Shown here one piece after another: positions 24,787 to 38,357 of a DNA stretch of 64,000 nt. Every line of letters begins with the position of its first letter. Within the stretch, counting starts at the first letter, position 1. The position numbers and the translations under genes were made by a program. Under the pieces are notes generated by a model, which was given only the letters and a program-made list of their open reading frames with translations, searched no databases and had not been told where the DNA came from. Source of the stretch: Phoronis australis (Eukaryota > Animalia > Phoronida); assembly GCA_002633005.1 (NCBI GenBank), contig NMRA01000460.1, positions 239,653 to 303,652 of the forward strand, given 5' to 3'.

Positions 24787-25027
24787 GTGAGAGTCTTTAA
24801 TGTTGGTGATAATGTACATGCGAGAAATTACATTGGTAAAGAGAAGTGGATACCAGGTATTGTTACATGTAAACTTGGTTCTCTGATATATGAGGTACAA
24901 GTTAACAGTGGAGTGTGGAAAAGACATGTTGATCAATTATTGCATAGAAGTTTCAAATCTGATGTTGGTGAATCAGCTGATTGTGAAAGTGTCAAGCCTG
25001 ACCATGTTGTTATTCCAACTGTCAATG
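24785..25027 (+). repeat. Inverted copy of the Gypsy pol 3' segment 14163-14406
   Basis: Essentially identical except for one indel (gtattgttacatg vs gtattgtttacatg). Confidence 0.93.
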
Positions 25028-26792
25028 TGTCACGTAGCCTTTGGGCCTGGATTGTAGTCTTACCTCACTAACAAATATCGAGTTGACAGCATAAACATTC
25101 AGCATTGATTGATGTCACTGTTACTGATAAACCTGTTAGAAATCATTCCAAACATTAATAATACTGCTTTGATATACGAAAAGATCCCGAGTGCTACGTC
25201 AAGTATCGTTACAGACACCAGTCATCACAACAAACATTGTCAATGATTAACCGACTGGCGACTGCCGCGAAGTCGACATCGGCCAGTACCTCAGTTAACA
25301 GGTATCAGTATTGTGAACATGGAATAATTGTTTGAATAATCACAAAACTTACCTTTGTATAAGGTCATGCTTACTTCCTCTCATAGAAACACCCTTTTCA
25401 CGCAATCTCAGATTCAGTTGGCACTTCTGCAAGCCATTTCACCACGTAGTTAAAGGGCTCGCGAAATCGAAGCTGCTTAATCTATCACAACCAGTACACG
25501 CTCGCCCTCTAGTGATTTTAAGATTGTCGAATAGTCCCATTAACGCTCTAAATTGTAAATATTGCTAAATAAAACCTTTGAATTTTGTTAAAGATTGAAA
25601 GTCCATCAGACATTCTTTTGAAACTGGTCACAAGACAAGCCTATGCAGAGATGACGAGTTGCTATTGGTCACGGTGTTGCACACTGCGTGTTGGTCCTAG
25701 CAGGACTGATGGCAGCCAGGATATTAGAAAAGGAGTTCGCAGCATGAAAGGTTTATGGGCCTTCGTGCGTAAAAAGGCGTACACAAAAGAAATTTTGTCC
25801 CACTAATTTGCAAACTGCACTTCCACAGCACTTTCTGGTAGGCCTACCTTAAACATTGCCACGCGATGTTTCCAAAGCTTCTGGTAAATTGGTATCAAAT
25901 GATCCTTTCTAGTATCTAAAAGTGACAATTTTGACACCCATTTTGTAGCCGAATGGAAGAAAAAATAAAACATAAGCTAGTTTCAAGTTGATGTACATGT
26001 AGAAAAATTGCCACAACTTAAAATTAAATCTGAAATTGAAAGTTGTGTGCCGAAATGTAAGTGTTGCCAAGTTTCACAAAATTCATGATTTAAACATTTT
26101 AAGGCTTTAAAGGACACCCGTTCATATTTACAAACAATGCTTAACATGCTTTAAACATACAACACATTCTGTGATCAACAAAAGGCATGGATGGTTTGTA
26201 AAACTTTATGACAGCCGTGCTTTCGAAATATTCAAAAGGTTACTGCAATAAATAACCCTTGTCGTCTTTGGAAGCTTTTATATAATTTTAGCCACAACTT
26301 GTCCGTTACTGATATGCGAAGTGATTAACGGGTCTACAAAGAAGTGAAGTTCCCAACTGCCTAAAACTTTGCAGGAAGTATAAAATGACGCGCATGCGCA
26401 CTAATTTGTGGGACCGGATCTCAAGCATTAACGAACTACCAGCTCTTTCGAAACCCTGAAATCATCACCAATATGACTCATTAATAATTTTAGACCAATA
26501 TCTTAACGGTAAGTCGTCTAATTAAAATGTTTGTTCTTGTAACAGAGGGTAGGTATTTGGCAACTATTACGTAACTTCAAACTAAAATTTCTCAAAAATG
26601 CTACTTTTTGTTGGAACTTTTCCTGACTATAAAAGCGCAATTGTAAATGAACCTAAAACTATCAAAGTAAAGTTGCTCCCATAAATTTCCTTCAACATGT
26701 TTTCTAGAAACCTTGGAAAACTGAGTCCGCCAGTTAGAGTTATAGAATTACCCAGTGATCTCTGACATTACAGTGAAGTGAAATGTCACAAA

Positions 26793-27058
26793 AGCAAGAC
26801 ATTTAGAAACTTGACTGCATAGCAGTCCCCAGGACAGATCCATTTTTCTAGATGAGTGCCCGTATCAACCAGAGAATGAAAGTACTTGACGTAATTAATC
26901 AATGTGATCAGAAACAGTCCCTCACTTAATCACTTTTCTTTAAGGTCCTGGATCACTGAATCTCAGTTTAGTCAATTGGAAACTCTAGGATGTCATGGAA
27001 GGTGTTTTTGGTTGCTGGTTTTCTGCACGTTTGTAGCTTTGTGGAACTTTACATAGAC
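26793..27058 (+). pseudogene. Orphan paralog of gene B upstream region plus signal-peptide exon (ATG at 26990)
   Basis: MSWKVFLVAGFLHVCSFVELYID vs gene B MLRTVFLVAGMLHICSSVELYED (16/23 identical); ~200 bp upstream also alignable with 50295-50550; donor is gtacaa instead of gtaagt. Confidence 0.75.
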
Positions 27059-27795
27059 GTACAAGATCATACATGTAGAAACACTTTCTGATTCTAATTT
27101 AAGAGTCGTTAATTTAATAAAATAGAATTGCAAGTCACTCAGAGATTTGCAGCACTTTCTCAATACCCAGGGATGAAAATGGTTCACTGAATTTATGCGT
27201 TCTTCAGTACCAATGATGAGAAATTCACCACGCCTTCGCACTTCATGGGAATATGCACCTTTTTGAGTTTTGATTAACATCATGCTTCAGTTCTTCATAC
27301 AAATTCTCATTTTCTTGTTGACTGTAGAGTTGGATTACTCTACGTGTAACTCAGAACTCAATTTATGAGTGAATTTGTTAGCGACCTGCTTTTGTATTAA
27401 TCAAACTCGCGTATACCTCTATAAACTTTTGCTCACTTTGTTTCTCGTCTTTGCTTTATGTATATGTGTTTCATTTTGTTGGGTGTCACACATACACAGC
27501 AATTCAGTATGTAGGGCTATATTACTATTAATGCAGAGAATGAAAAAATACCCCAGTCACTGCAGACGAATGATGTTTTGAAAACACGTTATATTGACGT
27601 GGAACCTTCAATTCATCACAGAATACTGTTTCGTAATTATTTGAACTTCAAATCAAGCTCAAGTAAATAAACACATTCTGTTCAAAGCACTAGTACAGAC
27701 AACTGAGATAGTTATACAAGTTTTCAAACCACGTCTGTTGAGTATCGTGAACGTGAGTTCAACAATTTCGCACTCCACCATCTTCAGACATTTTC

Positions 27796-28420
27796 GGATT
27801 GTTTTAAAACCCCTCAAGCCGCACACCCCGCGACTCCCTTGACCGACGACCCTTTCAACCCACAACCCCCTAGGTCCACGACCCACAACCTACAGCCCAC
27901 AACTTGCGGCAATAGAGGTATCTGGGCACTTTTTAAACATTTCATAAAGTTATTACGTTGCCGATTGACTTTTCCACGAGACTTACCAACACGAATCTAC
28001 ACGGGCTCAAGACTGGTGGTTAAAAACAAAAAAGTGGCGCAAGAACATGGTCTGAAACAGTGGATTATGAGTTTGCTATCATTGTCATGGAAATAGTTCC
28101 GCGAGCAGCCACAAACGACCCTGTTCTACATGTACTAAAACTTAGGGAGAGAGTACTTTAGCTTGTATATACATAATTTCACATCTTTATTATTTGCTTT
28201 ATGTCATATACACGTTAACAAAATACAACATTAAATTTGAGATGCTTTTTAGTAAATAGGTTCTGTTTGAAACTAATTATATACTGAAAAAATACGTATT
28301 CATGGCCTTCTCGCACTCTCTCAAAATAGCTTGAATCTGCCTTTCACTGAAGAGCAGACGAGACTGTTACACTTTGTAACGTTGGTAGGTCTATGGTTTG
28401 ATTTGGTCGCGTTGTTTTTT
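27796..28420 (-). mobile_element. Partial inverted copy of the 3618-4451 MITE family
   Basis: GGATTGTTTTAAAACCCCTC start; shared internal blocks (gagcagacgagac, atttggtcgcgtt). Confidence 0.7.
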
Positions 28421-28467
28421 TAAGTTTTTGGATTACAAACTTCCGAATCGACTATATTAATTGCATT

Positions 28468-28622
28468 TGAGAGAGAGGAAGAGAACCAGAAAGGAGGAAG
28501 AGAGGGAGTAGAGAAAGAAAGGAAACGGGAGGGGGGGAGGATGGGAGAGAAGAAGGAAGGGAGAGAAGGAAGGGGTAGGGATGCAGGGAGAGGGAGAAAG
28601 GGAGGGAGGAGGGAGGGAGGGA
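28468..28622. repeat. GA-rich polypurine tract
   Basis: (GGAG/GAAG)n low complexity. Confidence 0.85.
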
Positions 28623-29994
28623 CACACATGAAACAGCTAATTGGGTCGTTGTCCGAAGTTGCTGACAGATCGTTGGTGACCTGTTGCAGCAAATTGACCT
28701 TTGAGTGATTAACGTCCTTTCAACCATAAATGCAAAGAATGGATAGTCCGTCATGAGAATCAAAGCAACTAAGTCAACCAATAAATATGTACTAAGTTCG
28801 AATCAATATCTAACCAGCACCAGTATGAACTTTTGACATCCGGATTGAATCGCACAGCCCCCGCTCAGTGGAGATTATTTATAACCAGTCCGAGATGAGG
28901 ATCCAGGGGTGGACTATTATGGTGGGTGCTTGAGATTCCTCCATTACGACAATGTTAAAGTGAACGAGCAGGAGAGGGTGGCTTGTTTGAGGGTTACCTG
29001 AAATCGCGGACAATTTCTCAGTTGCTACACAGCAATGCACAACTGCAACAGGGGACCACCATGTTGAAGAAGAGTGCAGCTACAGCCGAGGAAGTGGCCT
29101 TTTTATTCTCAGCATATTCACAAACACAAACAAACCACGTTCACTGAGCCTACATGCAATGCCTACCTACAAAATGCCCCCAAACTTGGCCTATCCCAAA
29201 ATTTTAATATTGTTGTAAATTGGCCGCGGCCGCAGCCTAACTGTTCAGTGCAACTTGACGTCCTTCAGTTCTTATGACGAGAGAATATGACGTCATATCT
29301 TCTAGCGCCATCAGTGTAAAATGGCCAGTTGCCAATATTGGCAACTGAACGAGGGACTATTCCAAATAAAGGTTGATTGTGGCAGTATTTCTTCGAGTTG
29401 AGAAGAGTTAAATACATCAGTGGCCTCCGTAAAAGATTTTCATACACGAACATGTAGCAGTGTGTTTTAATCAATTTAGTCGTTCTTGTTAGCCTTGATC
29501 TCTGACGAATACGAGTGAGTGTAGCCAACCAGAATTGAGACTGGCGCCGTCAGGTTATTGGGGTTTGAAACCTGTAGTGTTTATTACGCCGAGATAGAAA
29601 TTAATCCTTTTGACGATAAAGCCACCAGTCCACTTACCCTGTTGTTTTGCTATTAGTGAAGCAAATAAGGTTTAGAGCAATTTACCAAATAGACCTTTCA
29701 TTTTTGACACTTTCATCTGTTTGGTCAGTACTTTTCAATATGTTTCTTAAATAAATCGTGATTATTTGTTATTATGTATCTTAAAATGATCGAAACACCA
29801 CTTGGAAGAAATAATATTCTTTGAGAACTTCCGCCGGTTCCTACTAATGACATTACTGAATAAATTTCCACAGGGGCTGATTACCACCACACACTCAGAT
29901 GCAAACAACATACTGTTTGTGAAGATTTCAAGGTTACTGGCGGTTATATGTAATTTACTGTCATGCCGTTGTGAGTCTATGAGCTGAATAGAGT

Positions 29995-30925
29995 AGGCAT
30001 CACATTTTGTGAAATCGTGAAACCTTATGCATAAATGTCTTGGTACGTCTTTTCTTTGTGTCCAGAAGTAAGCATCATATATTTTGTGAATGTGGAAAAC
30101 TTAGATATTACCGTGAATCACTGTTGTGCGTCCAGATGGAAGTTTCACGTACTTTGTGAAAAACAAGAAACCTGGTACATGAACATCTCTATTAATCCAC
30201 TTGGAGTATATGCATCGTGAAGCAGTCATTACTGTGGATGTGAAAATGTGAAAAAGCCGGTTCATAAATGTCATTGTTAATCACTTACAGAACACATTGT
30301 TTAAGGCTCTGTGTGAATCACGTAATATGCATCCAGATGCAAGTATCACATGCTTTGTGAAAATGTAAGATCTAGTGTGACTGTGAATGTTTGTGAACCA
30401 CTCGTATGCTTTCTGAAAGGGCTTAGTTGTCTTTGTGAATCGTCCTAGTGTACAAAGTCGCGAGTTTCACTTTTTTTAAAGTACGAAACCTGGGACATCG
30501 ATGTCTTTTTGAATCGTTTATGAACGTACCGATGCAGTTGTCACATATCTTATGAAAATGTGAAGACCGAGGCAAAGTATTGCGTGAAAACTGGTACATA
30601 GTTACCTTTGCGAATCACGTCTATATGTCCTGCTGCAAGATCCACATTAATTTGTTGTTAGTGCAACAGATGTACGCAGTCGTCTTGATGCCAACATCAC
30701 ATACTTAGTTTAAGTGTGACCCTGAAGAGTAGTTGCATTGTAATGATCTTAGTTACCTGTTTTCGGTAAGATATGTGTCTCAATAAATCACCTTTTGCAA
30801 TCCTTTGACTTGTATTTTTTTGAAAATGTTAATTCTGCAGTATGCCTTCTATTTGTGGTCAATCTGGCATGAAAACATCTTGTTATGTTATTTTTGCAAG
30901 CATCACCTGCTTTGTGAAATTGTAG
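29995..30925. repeat. Old degenerate tandem array (~70-80 bp unit)
   Basis: Recurring tgtgaatcac...tccagatgcaagtatcacat-ctttgtgaaaatgtgaa-acctggtacat blocks. Confidence 0.55.
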
Positions 30926-33900
30926 CAAACAACAGCCCTCTACTTGCATGAATTACATATCCACCTTGCATGCGTCACTTGTCAGCGCAAACACACTAAT
31001 GGGGGTACATCTGCCTTTCACAAATAATGGTCTCAATCTGCCACTTTGTTTATGTATGAGAATCATAATGATGGAAAGATGGTAATATACCTATAATTTT
31101 TACTTCAGCCAGGTATTATAGATGGAGGTTTGTAACCGAATGGTTCACGCATTTTGTTTACCCGAATAGGTAAACTGCTTAAGTTTCGCTTCTAAGCTTG
31201 TTAGGAGAAACTATCAGTATTAAGAAAAGGAGCCCGTTAGGTTAACAAAGCAACATTAGTTCTGATCTGCAATTGAACTTATTTGAAACCTAGCTTGGTC
31301 ACCTACTAATGATATTGATAATGATAAACACTACAACGATAATGTTAATAGTTATTATGGTTGTGCTAATCATCACATATGATTTTAATCCAGATTTAGA
31401 AGATAACAAGCGCTATGAAAATATCGAGATCACATGCAGGCCTATGAATAGGAATGTATTTTTAATTTTGTAGCTTATAGTCCCAAATGATTAGTATTAT
31501 TTAATACTCAACGGCACTTAGGGCTGGTATGCCTCTGCGGTATACTGAGGCGGCATGGAGGGCGTCGGTGCAGAAGTCTCCGTTGTTTCATTCAGTCTAG
31601 AGCACTCAGCACCCGAAAAACCAATATCGTCCAACTTTACAAAGTGTCTCCTTGAGAGCTTATGGAAATTTGAATATTTCCATACATGTTTTGACATTAC
31701 ATTTGTGGGTATTTTTAATTTACGCGGGCTTAAACCAGAACCGCTTATAGCCTCAGGCGCTTACCATGTCCACTTGGCCTCCATTCCGTGGACGTAAGAA
31801 TCAAGCATTTTCGCGAGATTATTTCCTCTCAGCCTTCCGAACGAGTCCATGTGATCACGGCAGACGACATGCATCTCGATAGCTTCGTCCCAGCTTCCAG
31901 CACGCAATTGGCATTCGTTGCTCAATAACTCGACGTCATTGCTATGACCAATTGTTAGCCGGAAGAGATCGAAGCTGCCAATTTTCAACACGTCGTCTCT
32001 GGTGGCAGTGTACAGCTGCACTGCAAAACCTTTGTATGTAAGCTCAGTGCTGTAGATGCAGTTTTCTTAAAGATGGCGACTCGCAGTTACACTTTTGTGT
32101 GACTAAGGAGCAACTGATGAATCGGCTGCGATTTCAGGTGGACTTCAAACAAGCTAGAACTGCAAAAAGTAGTTGGTTGACGGCACTTTTAGACCACATG
32201 TTTGGATTTTGTAGGAAATTTGCTTTCAGAATTCAATGTTGAGTTATGTCGCGTGTCGGCAAGGAAGTGGTGGTTTTGAGATGAAAAGTGCAAATTTTGT
32301 GGATTTTGATCCTTCTTTCTTGACATCTCTTGGTTTCAGTTAGAGTGAAAGGGCCAAAAGTACAAAGCATGATAAAATTTTTGCACTCATCTGTAGGGTT
32401 TTCGACGTGAAATGACTCAAAACTTTTCATTTTTGCATTTAGTTGTGTACAAAGTTAAAAAAGTAACAAGACCATTGGTTTGAATCTTATTTTTGTGACT
32501 AGTTTTCTTTGAAAGCAAGAATAAATTTACATGGACGGGAAAATGTTTTGAAGTTTACGGTAGATTTTCATGTTAACCAGCTCGTCTGTTGACGTTTTTC
32601 AACCAACGTATTATTCATTATAGTCTTTTAACGGTTACCAAGCATAAAAACTCCCATATAGGTCAATAAAATACGTGAAATGACGTGGCATAGCCAGCAA
32701 TAGCAAACTATTGTCAAGGGGTGATGCAGTCTGGAAATTTGAATAACATTTGAATTAAAGTTGCTGTTACCAAATTTAGTTGAATAAAACGGCTAAAATT
32801 CACATTGGAGAGATTTTCTCATATTTCGTACATTCAAAACGGATACTAACATCCCCAAACCAGCAGTAATGTAGGCCGGTCAAGGATAGAACAAGGTGGA
32901 AACCGGTGGGGATTGGTGTCGGGGAGGGAGATTGACGACCACTAGGGGCGGAAAAATAAGAAGACGAACAACAACAAAAATAACAATCTTAGAGGAGTGT
33001 ACGCCAATGCTTGTGTTGACTTAGCTTGACAAAAATAAGTTAACACAGGTGCGTTTCATAGATATTTGATCATAAAAAATCTCACAAGTTAAAGACAGGT
33101 GTTTGCGACTAAGCTCCTGAGCTCACTGTAATTGTAATGTTGAAATACTGGGTAAAACTTGGTGTTTCTGTTGCATAGGAGAAGTTTTCTCACCCCAAGT
33201 GTTTGCAAATGCCTTAGGTCTACGCAACACGTCCTCGGTAATCGTTACTCCGGACTCCAGTTCTGCGCTGCATGTGAAGTAAAACGTATTAAGCCGTACC
33301 GGCAACTAATTGACATTTCTTTGCATTACACTGTACAGACATTTGTGTTTTAAAAGGGCACTAAACCCTGTTACATGGCCTTCGATTTATTAATATTCGG
33401 CCTCATTCCCCTCTCAAAAATCGCGCACAATTCGTCCATCGGGTCAAAAAATCCCCCTAGTAGTTTTAACCTCAGACAACTTTAAAAATATCAAACCCAC
33501 CGACTAAAGTCGCGAGGCCGCCAGACACTGGGAACGTCAAATACTGGTTTCCTTATAAATAAGGTCCACATGCAGGAGTGCTAGAAGCAGTTTGGCATTA
33601 TTTCACTTGCTCGTATTGAAAAAAACTAAAAGACAGCTTCCGTTCGTCTGTGGTTCAAAATGAAACACATGCCAGTCCTACAAGAAAAGTATTGTGATAA
33701 GCCATGCGGCTGAGCTTAGAAACATGTAGGAAAGCTTGTTTTATCCGATCAAATTGCAGTGCATTCCTCTCAGAAGCAGCCTCAAGCAGACCGCGTTTGA
33801 ACAGCTATCTCATCAGTATTATTCATTGAAACTGTGGCCAAAAACACTGCCCCTGTCAATGTCAGCTTATGTTATATACAGCAGATTCGCGACTCCGACG

Positions 33901-35324
33901 TTTTCTCGCGTATGCTAGAGAATGTGCCAGTTCAGTGTTCAGTTTCCGGTTAGTGTATTGTGACGACACAACAGCCGACCAATAGCAGACTACATACTTG
34001 CCAGAAATAAAACCAGCTAATTTGGCCAGATGTCGAATAATGACGCTATTGCTGCTGTAAGAGCACAGATTTTGTCCTTTGAAATTATACGGAGTTGGTG
34101 GTCCATGTACTATAGTCTATGGTGTCCGGTAAGAAGTTACGAATTGCTCTTCTTGTCTATTCACTGAGGTGCACGAATTACTGAATGGTCAAATTTAACG
34201 AAGTGTAACGCTATACATTGTTTGGATAGATCAAATTCTAAATGCATTTTTTCAAAAACAATACTTTTAGTAAAAATCTATACTTTTGTCCATATTTAGC
34301 TAAATACACATACTGGTGAATAAGCCCTGACCTGATTACTGAGTCATAGAATACAATATGATAATTAGTTATTACAATTGTCATTTAATTTGCGCAAATC
34401 ATGTCATACTTGCCAGATTAGCAGACTCTGTAAGGAGCTTTCAAATTTTACCAAACATTTTGGGGTTGACTAGGGTTAAAGAACATAATTTTATTTGAGA
34501 AATCTGGGCGGGAAATCGCTGTTAATCTATTAATGCATATGGGCCAGAACTGGGTTCAGCCAAAACTTTTGACTTAATATCGCATTGTTGTTGAAGTACC
34601 TATTGGCCTCACTGGTATGCGCTACAAAGTATTAATTGGTGCACAATTTACATTTTATTGCTTTGAGCAGTGTTGTGACGTTTTAGTAGGGGGTCAGTGC
34701 ACTGTTGTCCCTGGGCCCACGTTTCCTTGCATTGCTCATGGCTTAAACGGTCGTATGTACAGGTACGCACACACACGACAAACGAAAACTACGTTTTGTT
34801 TTTGTTTTTCGCAGCATCTTTCTATGCTTAGTACACGCCGTTGACTAAGATTCAAATTGAATAAAAACTCCAGAACCTTTTAAAGTTGGATAAGTAATGA
34901 ACAAATTTCCACTCGGCTGGAGGTGGTTCCGCAAAACTTTTTTCTCGCCACATGTTATGTATTTCGTTTTTTGAAGTTCCCCACTAATGAAGGCGTATTT
35001 TGCTAGAAAGATGTGGAATATTGCAAAAATGGCCAATTTTTTTGTGAACAAGGTTTGATTTCACCAGAGTGAGTCCTTTGGCTCATACTTTGGCGATGAG
35101 TCGTGGCATTTAGTGCTGGCTCTTGGATTTGCAACGTACTTACAGTTTTGTTAAATACTACTCTCCATAACTAATTACAAGCTCCAGCTAGGCTACGGTT
35201 CTGCTATTATTAGGGACAAATAAAACCAGGCAAGAAAAACATATATTTTAAATTGTATTGGGAATTTCAGGGTCACAGCTCTACAGATAATTATTTCATA
35301 GAAGGTACCAGATGTTTACGTTAA

Positions 35325-35950
35325 AGGAGAATGCCACTCGATTTAATTAGTCTTTTTTTGCCGTCTTGATCGGTCTATATCCACATCGCCTCGCATACGG
35401 TCAACCTTACCTTGCCAAGAGGTGTCGCTTTAACCTGTGAGGAAGGTGAGAAACGACGCTAGTGACGTCAGTGATTCATCTGCAGAGTGAATGCCGCTAT
35501 GTTGCGGTGCATCGTTCCCGCTTGTCCGAACTAAACAACTGCGAGAAAAGCGGGTATTTCATTTTTTCGACTTCCTCGAGAGACCGAAATGCTTAGGAAG
35601 TGGCTCGTGGTAGAGAAGAATGAAAAATACGCTGTAAATAGCAAGTATGAGGCCGTGAAACATCTCCGTGTCTGTGGCCAGCAGTCATCGACAGTGCCTG
35701 ACGAATGTCGGCTTACCAAGTAATTATCCAATTCATACGTTCCGTTGTCTGAGCTTGTTCACGGCGCCTCTCTAGTGTTTTTTCATCACTGTATTCCTAT
35801 TCGAATTGATAGCCAGTGAAACTTAACGATCCACCCGCGAAATCTTCGTAGGAATCGACTGATGAGCTCTCGTTTAAGTCGGGATTGCGAGTTGCCATGT
35901 TGATGTTTATTACTGAGCGTTCTGTTTCAAAATGAATTACTTTCACATCA
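35325..35950. mobile_element. Kolobok-like deletion derivative (THAP start on +, KolX/P2X7-like start on -)
   Basis: TTAA|AGGAGAATG end; + strand 35499: MLRCIVPACPN*...ISFFRLP...KWL...LRVCGQ (THAP); - strand 35898-35717: MAT...GYQFE*EYSDE...|gtaag. Confidence 0.7.
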
Positions 35951-36376
35951 ACCAATACTTATATAAAACTGAAACAAAGTCTGCCTCATTAGATGCAATT
36001 TGTAATGCCTTTGGAGTGTTCGTGAGTGCAAATGATTTGAGAAGCCAGCAATGAATAAATCACTGCGTTACCGGCTATAGGTGCAATAAAACTAATTGAC
36101 GAGGCCGTGTGAACTCATGCTAATTTAGTGTTTGCTGGCAAAAACTGTTGTGAAACAACACAGTCGATTTCCACCCCACGGTCTGGTGTTAGGGGAGTCT
36201 TTATTTACATTTACATTTTTAAAATAATGATTGTCATTGTACAACTACTGCCCTGACGGTGCTGTGGCCAAAGCGGAACCTAAATTCGCGGCTCCCGACG
36301 AGTAAGAAGATTTGCAGTTTCGTGGGTAATTCACCAACATAATAACGTGTGCATTACTTTGGCTCACTAGTATAGT

Positions 36377-37006
36377 ATTTTCTTGACTGGAAGTTTAGTT
36401 TCCAACTTTGGCTGGTTTATGTTCGTGATGTCTGATCAGTTTCCGAGCCACTGGCCGGGATGACGAGTCAATCCTGCCAGCCGCGACGGGCCTGATCGGG
36501 CTCCGAGTTACTGGCCAGCATAGCAAGCGTTTTGTGTGTTTAGAACTCAAAAAATCACAAGTCTAAACACGGATCTAGGTTATCCTGTCTGTATCTCACG
36601 GAAAATACTTCGAATTTGTCTCCAAATAGACCCCAAACTCCTGTTACGGACCTTTTTGGCCTGCCGAACTTTGGAGGCTACGGTATGTCCAAATATAAAT
36701 AAATCCGTAAGAGCGAAATAAAGCAACATGTTTTTATAAGAACTCGGTGTATTTTTAAAGGTTTTACATCGACGTTTGATGATTTATTGGTGTTAAACGA
36801 TGAATTCAAGCGATAAGCTGACACCAGTTACCCGTGTTGTGAACTGCTGAACAGATTGCATGTGAAACTAATTACGTCATTGGATAATTTCAACACTTCC
36901 GTCTGCTGTCAGGTGTCAGGTAACGTAACGATACGTGCCGTTATGGAGTAGACCTACTCAGTCTAAAGTGATGCTTATTAGGTTGTTTTTTGGGTGGCAT
37001 GCTCCT
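36377..37006 (-). mobile_element. Kolobok-like TTAA element end (family also at 24158 and 63750)
   Basis: ...GGCATGCTCCT|TTAA; body matches 24158-24786 and 63750-64000. Confidence 0.65.
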
Positions 37007-37619
37007 TTAATTGCAAGAAATAACACACACATTTGCGATACCCAATGTGTAATTGAGTATCGGATACGAAGTGGAACAGGCGTACCAAATAAGTATATAA
37101 TAACAAATGGGTATTGGCCGATTGCCTACCATGTGGGTTCGAGCAAAACGGCAAATTCAATAATAGATACCAAATGGGTACAAACTGCCAAATGGGCAAA
37201 TATCATATAAGTGGGTACACCAAACAGCCAACTGGGCTATAACGACCTCGCAAAGCAGGTTCCGGACAAAATGAGTGAGGAAACCAGCCGGAGTGATAAA
37301 AAGAAAAATGTAAGAAACTTGGTGCTTTGGCTCAGTTTTTGCTACATGGATGAACAATCCTGTTCACCGGCACAACCGGCATGGGGAACGTGACCCTGGT
37401 ACGCAAGAGATGAATAGGGGTGGGAGGGGATTTGGAAAAAGTAGTTGGCAATTAAACAATGTAATATAGTTTATATAACATAATATATGGTGATAACCCA
37501 ATCAAAAATACCATCTAGGAGACTCTTAGCTAAGCATAACTGAGAGAGCTATTGACCATACACCCGAGGTACGGCAGCAGTGAATTGCTCTAAGGCACCC
37601 TTTATAGCATTTAGAAAAA

Positions 37620-38350
37620 TGTCGTTTCCCAACGGGGATTGGTGGACTTCATCTGAATGGCGTCCGTCGAAATGGCAGGGTGCCTGATGTAGCACCCAGA
37701 CTGAGTGAGAGAAGTCTTAGCGGCCATGGAGTTGATTCTGGCCACGGTGGTGTTCATGACTTCCATTATACTTCTTTGCAATTGTGACCGTGGTAGTACT
37801 GCGGACCAAAGAATTGTGATGCATGGAAATTTGTTCTCGATTCTGGAAATATCGGTCTTGAGAGTGTTGCGTAGCTCTTGTAATTTGGTGTGACCAATCT
37901 CTTCGAGACATTCTCAACAGCACTATATGTACATGTACACTGGGCAATCGAGGCTCTATCAGGAAACAAAACATTGGACCACTACCTTGACGACTTTATA
38001 ATTATTGGTCCGCCTGGCACAGACATTTGCAAGACAATAATGACATACCTCACAACCCTCTGCGATGAAATCGGTGTACCCAGTTCCACAGACAAAACAG
38101 CTGGTCACATTCTTAGGTCTGGACATTGAAATTGTCCAACAACAAATAAGAATGCCGGACAAGAAACTCATTCAACTCTGCGCCACATTATCAGACTTAG
38201 TCCTCAAAAACGATTAAAACAGCGTGAGCTAGAATCTTTAATTGGCATGCCCTTTTTTTTCTCAGAGGCCCTTCCAGTCGCGCGAGCTTTCATTCGGAGA
38301 TTCTACGATGCTCTGTCCATGGCCCATAAACCCCAACATCACATATTAGA
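37620..38350 (+). mobile_element. Ngaro/DIRS-type tyrosine-recombinase retrotransposon RT fragment
   Basis: LRSSC..LFETFSTAL...HYLDDFIIIGPPGT..C...LCDEIGVP...DKT..FLG; ELESLIG...ARAFIRRFYD; frameshifted. Confidence 0.8.
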
Positions 38351-38357
38351 GTCTAAT

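Noticed and set aside
25332-25568. LSQPVHAR as the missing last discoidin exon
   Set aside because: No phase-0 acceptor in that frame and none of the other conserved motifs (GN.D, R.El.GC)
28420-28781. Pro/Ser/Leu-rich minus-strand ORFs
   Set aside because: Translation of a polypurine low-complexity tract
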